64,000 nt of DNA, from NCBI GenBank assembly GCA_016212005.1, contig JACRHP010000009.1, positions 6,560 to 70,559 on the forward strand, written 5' to 3'. Below, piece by piece: positions 58,281 through 64,000 of this stretch (its first letter is position 1; every line of letters starts with the position of its first letter). Position numbers and translations under genes: made by a program. The notes below the pieces were generated by a model. The model ran no database searches and was not told where the DNA came from. It was given only the letters and a program-made list of their open reading frames with translations. Source of the DNA: Candidatus Omnitrophota bacterium (GTDB lineage: Bacteria; Omnitrophota; Gorgyraeia; Zapsychrales; Zapsychraceae).

Positions 58281-59510
58281 ATGGAAAGCAACGAATTATT
58301 GACTATACTGGAACAGTTAGAGCGCGATAAAGGCATTGAGAAAAAAGTGCTCATTGAGGCGGTGGAGTCCGCCGTGGCCTCGGCCGCCAAAAAATTATGG
58401 ACGGTCGACAAAAATGAGGAAGTGCGCGCGGTCCTGGACATCAAGACCGGCCGCATCACCGCCTACGCCGGCAACCAGGAGATCCGCTCCGGCGAATTCG
58501 GCCGCATTGCCGCCCAGACCGCCAAACAGGTCGTGATCCAGAAAATCCGCGAAGCGGAAAAAAATGTTGTCTTTAACGAATACCAGGTCCGCATCGGAGA
58601 GATCATCTCCGGCGGGATTTACCGTTTCGAACGGGGAAATATCATCGTCGATCTAGGCAAGGCTGAAGCTTATGTCCCGAAAAAAGAACAATCGCCCAAG
58701 GAGGAATTCCGCCAGGGAGACCGTATCCGGGCCTATGTCCTGGACGTCAAACGCGACACCAAGGGTCCGCAAATTATCCTGTCGCGCGCCAACCCAAGTT
58801 TTGTCAAAAAACTGTTTCAACTGGAGGTGCCGGAGATCTATGAGGGGATCGTCGAGATCAAGGCCATCGCGCGTGACGTGGGCGAACGCACCAAGATCGC
58901 CGTATATTCCAAGGACGAAAAAGTGGATTGTGTGGGCGCCTGTGTCGGCATGCGTGGGTCCCGTGTCAAGAATATCGTCTCCGAATTGCAGGGTGAGAAG
59001 ATCGATATCGTCCGATATTCCTCGGATATCAAGGAATACATCCAGGCCGCGCTCTCCCCGGCGGAGATTTCGCAGATCCAGCTGAATTATGACGGGAAAA
59101 AGGCCAACATCATCGTCGCGGACGACCAGTTGTCGCTCGCCATCGGCAAACACGGGCAAAACGTCCGGCTGGCCAGCCAGCTGGTGGGATGGGAACTGGA
59201 TCTGTTTTCTTCCGACCAATGGAAGCAGTTGCAAGAACAGCAGACCCAACCCCAGCAAGAAACACCCGCCCCGGCGCCGGAAGAAGGACAACCGGCGGAA
59301 TCGGCCGGAGATATGGGATCGCTTTCGGGCATCGGCGAAAAATTAACGGCCCAACTCAAGCAGGGGGGGTTTGACACGCTTGAAAAAATTGCCAATGCCG
59401 ACGTGGAATCGCTGGTACAAATCAAGGGGCTGGGGGAAGTGAAAGCAAAAAAAATTATTAAAGAGGCCAAGGGCCTGATCAAATCAGGTGATCCTAAAAA
59501 TAAGGAATAA
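58281..59510 (+). CDS. nusA: Transcription termination/antitermination factor NusA
   Basis: N-terminal domain, S1 domain, and KH domains. Confidence 0.9.
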   Translation: MESNELLTILEQLERDKGIEKKVLIEAVESAVASAAKKLWTVDKNEEVRAVLDIKTGRITAYAGNQEIRSGEFGRIAAQTAKQVVIQKIREAEKNVVFNEYQVRIGEIISGGIYRFERGNIIVDLGKAEAYVPKKEQSPKEEFRQGDRIRAYVLDVKRDTKGPQIILSRANPSFVKKLFQLEVPEIYEGIVEIKAIARDVGERTKIAVYSKDEKVDCVGACVGMRGSRVKNIVSELQGEKIDIVRYSSDIKEYIQAALSPAEISQIQLNYDGKKANIIVADDQLSLAIGKHGQNVRLASQLVGWELDLFSSDQWKQLQEQQTQPQQETPAPAPEEGQPAESAGDMGSLSGIGEKLTAQLKQGGFDTLEKIANADVESLVQIKGLGEVKAKKIIKEAKGLIKSGDPKNKE

Positions 59511-59516
59511 CGTTTC

Positions 59517-61820
59517 ATGAAAGTTTCCGATTTAGCCAAAGATATCAATACAAGTGTTGATACGATCCTTCAAACGCTTAAATCCTTTAAACTGAAAGCC
59601 AAAGACGGCGACCAGGATTTGAGCGCCGCGGTTGTATCGGTGGTACGCAGCGAGTTGGTAAAAGCTAAAAAGACCACAAGTAAGGCTCCGGCAGCCAAAG
59701 CAGTTGAGAAGACACAAGAGGCCAAACCAAAAGTCAGGAAACAACCAACTGCTGTCAAAACAACGAAGAAAGCCGTTAAAAAAGCGGAACCGCCGGTAAA
59801 ACCTGCACTTGCACCTGCGCCGGCACCGGTACCACCACCTCCTAAACCAGCGGTAAAACCAAAGATGACCATCAGTAATGAGCCGATGATCACTTTGAAA
59901 CCTCTGGCCAGAAAAAAACGCAGGGTCATGGGAGGGCCATCGACCCCTGAAATGTCCGCGCATCCCGCCACAGCCGAACAGACAGCCGTTGGATCAGCCC
60001 GTTTAACCACCACTACATCGGCGGCCACGCCCGTGATGGAACAAATGGCGTCTGTAAGCCAACTGGTCGATCTGGAAGTCCAGCTTCCTGTCACCGTCAA
60101 GGATTTCAGCACGAAAATTCAACAAAAGCCCAGCATTGTCCTTAAATCGCTCATGAAAATGGGGATTTTGGCGCATATCAATCAAAGCCTGGATGGGGAG
60201 ATCGTCAACAGGCTTGCCAAAGAGTTCGGGTACAACATCATCAAAATTAAAACCCAGGAAGAACAACTCGTTGAGACGCACCGCAAGGCGGACGATGACC
60301 CAAAACTCCTTAAACCGCGCGCTCCCGTGATCACCTTTATGGGGCATGTCGACCATGGGAAAACATCCTTACTGGATTGCGTGCGAAAAAGCAAGGTCAC
60401 CGACACCGAGCATGGGGGGATCACCCAGCATATCGGGGCGTATTCCGTCGAACTTCCCAAAGGCCGGATCACATTCCTGGATACTCCGGGGCATGAAGCT
60501 TTTACGGCCATGCGCGCCCGCGGGGCGCATATTACGGATATTGTCGTCCTGGTCGTGGCCGCGGATGAAGGGGTCATGCCTCAAACGGACGAAGCCATCG
60601 ACCACGCCCGCGCCGCGAACGTCCCGATCGTGGTTGCCTTAAATAAAATTGACCGTAAAAACGCCGACCCGGACCGCGTCAAGAAACAACTGGCCGAGCG
60701 GGGGTTAAACCCGGAAGACTGGGGCGGCAAGACGATCGTCGTGGGGGTTTCCGCGCTCACCGGGCAGGGCGTCGATCAGTTGCTGGAATTGATTCTTCTG
60801 GAGGCGGAACTTCTGGAATTAAAAGCCAACCCGGACAAAAAAGCTTCCGGTATCGTCGTGGACGCCCATCTTAGCCCCGGCAAAGGGGCCGTCACCACGC
60901 TGATCGTTCAGGGGGGGACGCTGCGCGACGCGGATACCGTCGTTGTCGGCTCTTATTACGGCCGCGTGCGCGCGATGATCGACGACCGCGGACGCACGAT
61001 CAAGGAGGCCGGGCCGTCCATGCCCATTGAGATCCTGGGGCTTTCTGACGTCCCGGAAGCCGGCGAGCTGTTTTACGCGGTGGAGGATGAACGCCAGGCC
61101 AGGGAAATCACCCTCAAGCGCCAGGAAGAACGCAAAAACCAGCGGTTGCAAATGTCCTCCCGCATTACCCTTGAAGGCCTTTACGCCCAGATCCAGGATG
61201 GACAGATCAAGGAACTTAACGTTATCATCAAGGCCGACGTCCAGGGTTCGCTGGAAGCGTTAAAAGATTCCCTGGGCAAGATCCCCAGTGATAAAGTCAA
61301 AATCAGATTCATCCACTTAGGGGTAGGTGAAGTGAACGCCTCTGACGTCATCCTGGCCGTCGCCTCCAAGGCCATCATTATCGCGTTTCACGTCGGTATC
61401 GACCAGCGCGCCAAGGAAGAACTGGAGAAACAACCCGTGGACGTGCGCAAGTACCGGATCATCTATGACGCCGTTAACGATATCCGTAACGCCCTCGAAG
61501 GGATGCTGGAAGCCAAGACCCGCAAAAAATTCCTGGGCCGCGTGGAGATCCGTGAAGTCTTCAAACTTTCCAAACACGGGATCGTGGCCGGCTGTTACGT
61601 GACCAAAGGGAGGATCACCCGCAAGGATCACGTCGACATTATCCGTAACGACGCCCCCATATATTCGGGTACGGTTTCCAGTTTGAAACGCTTCAAGGAC
61701 GACGTGCGTGAGGTCACCGAAGGGATGGAGTGCGGCATCAGTTTCAGCGGGTTCGATCAGTTCCTCTCCGGAGACATGGTCGAAGCCTACGAACTCGAAA
61801 AGATCACGCAGAAATTATGA
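59517..61820 (+). CDS. infB: Translation initiation factor IF-2
   Basis: G-domain [12 protein letters not shown] and DTPGHEAF. Confidence 0.92.
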   Translation: MKVSDLAKDINTSVDTILQTLKSFKLKAKDGDQDLSAAVVSVVRSELVKAKKTTSKAPAAKAVEKTQEAKPKVRKQPTAVKTTKKAVKKAEPPVKPALAPAPAPVPPPPKPAVKPKMTISNEPMITLKPLARKKRRVMGGPSTPEMSAHPATAEQTAVGSARLTTTTSAATPVMEQMASVSQLVDLEVQLPVTVKDFSTKIQQKPSIVLKSLMKMGILAHINQSLDGEIVNRLAKEFGYNIIKIKTQEEQLVETHRKADDDPKLLKPRAPVITFMGHVDHGKTSLLDCVRKSKVTDTEHGGITQHIGAYSVELPKGRITFLDTPGHEAFTAMRARGAHITDIVVLVVAADEGVMPQTDEAIDHARAANVPIVVALNKIDRKNADPDRVKKQLAERGLNPEDWGGKTIVVGVSALTGQGVDQLLELILLEAELLELKANPDKKASGIVVDAHLSPGKGAVTTLIVQGGTLRDADTVVVGSYYGRVRAMIDDRGRTIKEAGPSMPIEILGLSDVPEAGELFYAVEDERQAREITLKRQEERKNQRLQMSSRITLEGLYAQIQDGQIKELNVIIKADVQGSLEALKDSLGKIPSDKVKIRFIHLGVGEVNASDVILAVASKAIIIAFHVGIDQRAKEELEKQPVDVRKYRIIYDAVNDIRNALEGMLEAKTRKKFLGRVEIREVFKLSKHGIVAGCYVTKGRITRKDHVDIIRNDAPIYSGTVSSLKRFKDDVREVTEGMECGISFSGFDQFLSGDMVEAYELEKITQKL

Positions 61821-62803
61821 AAAAAACCGTTTTTAGCGCGATGCGCCCTACGGGCAAATTACACCTCGGACATCTGGTCGGGGCGCTTCGGAACTGGCTG
61901 GAACTTCAGGAAAAATATCCGTGTATCTTTGCCATTGTGGACTGGCACGCGCTGATGGGGGAATACGAGCAGAGCCAGGAAATCAGCGAAAACGTCCTGG
62001 ACATGGCCATCGACTGGATCGCCTGCGGCATCGACCCGAACAAAACGGTCCTTTTTGTGCAGTCCCACGTCCCGGAGCACCTCGAACTGCACATGATCCT
62101 CGCCTGTCTGACCCCGCTGGGATGGCTGGAGCGCAATCCGACCTATAAAGAACAGTTACGCGAGATTACGACGCGGGATCTGCAAACATACGGCTTCCTG
62201 GGTTATCCGGTTTTGCAGGCAGCAGACATCCTCCTGTACAAAGCGAACACGGTCCCTATCGGAGAAGACCAGTTGCCGCACATCGAATTGACCCGCGAGA
62301 TCGCGCGGCGGTTCAATCATGTTTACAAGACCGATTTTTTCCCGGACTGCGAGGCGCTGTTGACACAAACGCCGCGGCTTTTGGGTGTCGACGGACGGAA
62401 AATGAGCAAAAGCTATCAAAACGCCATCAATCTGGCGGCTTCGGCGGAGGAGATCAAAAAAAAAACCGGCGGGATGTTCACGGACCCCAAACGGATCAAA
62501 CTGTCCGATCCCGGACATCCTCAAGAATGCAACGTTTACAGTTATTACAATGTCTTTGCGGCATCGAAAGCCAGGGACGTTTACGAATGGTGCACGAAAG
62601 CGCAGAAGGGTTGCACTGAGTGCAAGGCGATCCTCTCCAATACCCTTGTTGATCAACTGGCTGGGATTCGGGAGAAGCGCGCGATCCTGGCCCAGAACAA
62701 GGCGCGCGTGAAAGAAATCCTGGACGCCGGACGCAAGCGCGCCCAAAAGATCGCGCAGGAAACCATGAGAGAAGTGCGGGAGATTGTCTTCGGTAAAGGT
62801 TAA
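61817..62803 (+). CDS. trpS: Tryptophanyl-tRNA synthetase
   Basis: HLGH (TGKLHLGHLVGAL) and KMSKS. ATGA overlap with infB. Confidence 0.88.
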   Translation: MKKTVFSAMRPTGKLHLGHLVGALRNWLELQEKYPCIFAIVDWHALMGEYEQSQEISENVLDMAIDWIACGIDPNKTVLFVQSHVPEHLELHMILACLTPLGWLERNPTYKEQLREITTRDLQTYGFLGYPVLQAADILLYKANTVPIGEDQLPHIELTREIARRFNHVYKTDFFPDCEALLTQTPRLLGVDGRKMSKSYQNAINLAASAEEIKKKTGGMFTDPKRIKLSDPGHPQECNVYSYYNVFAASKARDVYEWCTKAQKGCTECKAILSNTLVDQLAGIREKRAILAQNKARVKEILDAGRKRAQKIAQETMREVREIVFGKG

Positions 62804-62824
62804 CCGCAATCAGGGAAAACAGGC

Positions 62825-63619
62825 ATGAGCTACAAACTGAAACTGGATATTTTCGAAGGGCCGCTGGACCTGTTGTTGTATCTTATCAAGAAAGACGACA
62901 TCGACATCCACGATATCCCCATCAGCCAGGTCACGGAACAGTACATGCAGTACATCGACATGATGAAGATGCTGGACCTGGATGTCGTTGGTGATTTCCT
63001 GGTCATGGCGGCGACCCTGATGCAGATCAAGTCCCGGATGCTCCTGCCGCCGGACCCCAACGAACAGCCCGAAGAGGAACTTGACCCGCGCGACGAGCTG
63101 GCCCGCCGTCTTCTCGAATACAAAAAATTCAAGGAAATTGCCGAAGCGCTCAAAGAAAAAGAGCTGCTCCGTCAGGACTTGTTCGGCCGCGCCTTCGACC
63201 AGGAAGAGATCAAACAATTTAAAGCCGACGCCAAAGAGATCTATTACGAAGCGAGCCTTTTTGACCTGATCAACGCGTTTTCAGAGGCCTTAAAGCGCGC
63301 CCCGGAAGAAGTCATCCACGAAATTATCACGGAGGAATTTACCGTCGAACAGAAACTCCACGATGTTTTGCACTATTTGCTCGAACATTCGCCGATCAGG
63401 CTCCAGGACCTTTTCACCCGTTGCCGCCACAAGATCGAGATCATCGTGACGTTCCTGGCGGTCCTGGAATTGATCCGGTTAAAGGAACTGGTTGCCGTGC
63501 AGAAAGGGGTCTTCGGAGAAATCGAGATCATGCGCAACCAGCAGAATATCGTCCCGATAGGGGAGAACGAAACGGATGATGGAAGAACGCAAACAGATCC
63601 TGTTCAACCAGGAAACTGA
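62825..63619 (+). CDS. scpA: Segregation and condensation protein A
   Basis: [23 protein letters not shown]-terminus. Confidence 0.85.
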   Translation: MSYKLKLDIFEGPLDLLLYLIKKDDIDIHDIPISQVTEQYMQYIDMMKMLDLDVVGDFLVMAATLMQIKSRMLLPPDPNEQPEEELDPRDELARRLLEYKKFKEIAEALKEKELLRQDLFGRAFDQEEIKQFKADAKEIYYEASLFDLINAFSEALKRAPEEVIHEIITEEFTVEQKLHDVLHYLLEHSPIRLQDLFTRCRHKIEIIVTFLAVLELIRLKELVAVQKGVFGEIEIMRNQQNIVPIGENETDDGRTQTDPVQPGN

Positions 63620-64000
63620 AGAAGACCGGGTCTACAGCCTATCGCTTCGGCCCGCGCAGCTCATTGAGTTTATCGGGCAGAAAGAGCTCATTGAGAACCT
63701 TAAGGTGTCTCTTCAGGCGGCCAGACAGCGCGGGGAATGCCTCGAACACATGCTCCTTTCCGGTCCGCCGGGACTGGGCAAGACCTCGCTGGCCAATATC
63801 GTCGCCCACGAAATGAACGCGCGGATCACGGTCACCTCCGGCCCTGCCATCGAGCGCGCCGGAGACCTCATCGGGATCCTGACCAACCTGGGACAGGGCG
63901 ATATCCTTTTTATCGATGAGATCCACCGCCTTTCCAAAGTGGTCGAAGAGTTTTTATACCCGGCCATGGAAGGTTTCAAGATCGATTTCGTGGTGGACAA
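63576..64000 (+). CDS. ruvB: Holliday junction helicase RuvB (N-terminal part; continues beyond the window)
   Basis: [12 protein letters not shown]...[14 protein letters not shown]. Confidence 0.85.
   Translation, partial: MMEERKQILFNQETEEDRVYSLSLRPAQLIEFIGQKELIENLKVSLQAARQRGECLEHMLLSGPPGLGKTSLANIVAHEMNARITVTSGPAIERAGDLIGILTNLGQGDILFIDEIHRLSKVVEEFLYPAMEGFKIDFVVD

Noticed and set aside
58653-59291. 212-aa minus-strand ORF
   Set aside because: It is antisense to nusA.
1-64000. CRISPR array
   Set aside because: No regularly spaced short direct repeats with unique spacers were seen. The repeats present are pairwise and 20-76 bp long at kb spacing.

Overview
This is a gene-dense 64 kb bacterial chromosomal segment in which every confidently called gene is on the + strand. 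The minus-strand ORFs in the track lie entirely inside well-supported + strand genes and I treat them as spurious.

The core content is housekeeping and envelope biogenesis:
- A partial frr gene, a tRNA cluster (Lys-UUU, Leu-UAG, Gly-GCC) and a nitrogen-type PTS module (ptsN, a YvcK-like gene, ptsH, ptsI).
- metK and ahcY, then ilvC, a methyltransferase and leuA, then aroE, a prepilin peptidase and aroK, followed by dprA, topA and xerC.
- A lipid A/Kdo block (waaA, lpxK, an LpxL-family acyltransferase fused to an ELM1-like domain) and an LPS-core block (a GT4-GT9 fusion, a GT4, three GT9 heptosyltransferases, the HldE kinase domain, kdsB, kdsA, kdsD, kdsC, lptA-like, lptB).
- Further housekeeping genes to the end of the window: tig (lacking the PPIase domain), clpP, a class-V aminotransferase, serA, purA, an OmpA-like lipoprotein, uppS, cdsA, dxr, rseP, an orphan CpaF-type ATPase, proS, rimP, nusA, infB, trpS, scpA and a partial ruvB. 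This set indicates a Gram-negative-type envelope.

The most interesting part is an AT-richer accessory island of about 8 kb (roughly 22.2-30.3 kb) inserted between the lipid A and LPS-core blocks. It is a chain of cassettes, each bracketed by its own pair of direct repeats:
- A DUF4143 AAA ATPase with its own near-consensus promoter.
- A wHTH-MNT/HEPN toxin-antitoxin-like pair.
- Remnants of restriction-modification genes surrounding a DUF4238 gene.
- A 671-aa TIR-like + TPR protein.
- Two tandem Bro-N genes.

A second MNT/HEPN pair is embedded inside the glycosyltransferase cluster. Other points worth a second look are a GIY-YIG (YhbQ-like) gene flanked by a 20-bp duplication of the tRNA-Lys 5' end, a dispersed REP-like element of two covarying hairpins, an unidentified 4-stem RNA between tRNA-Leu and tRNA-Gly, and several unusual fusions or truncations.
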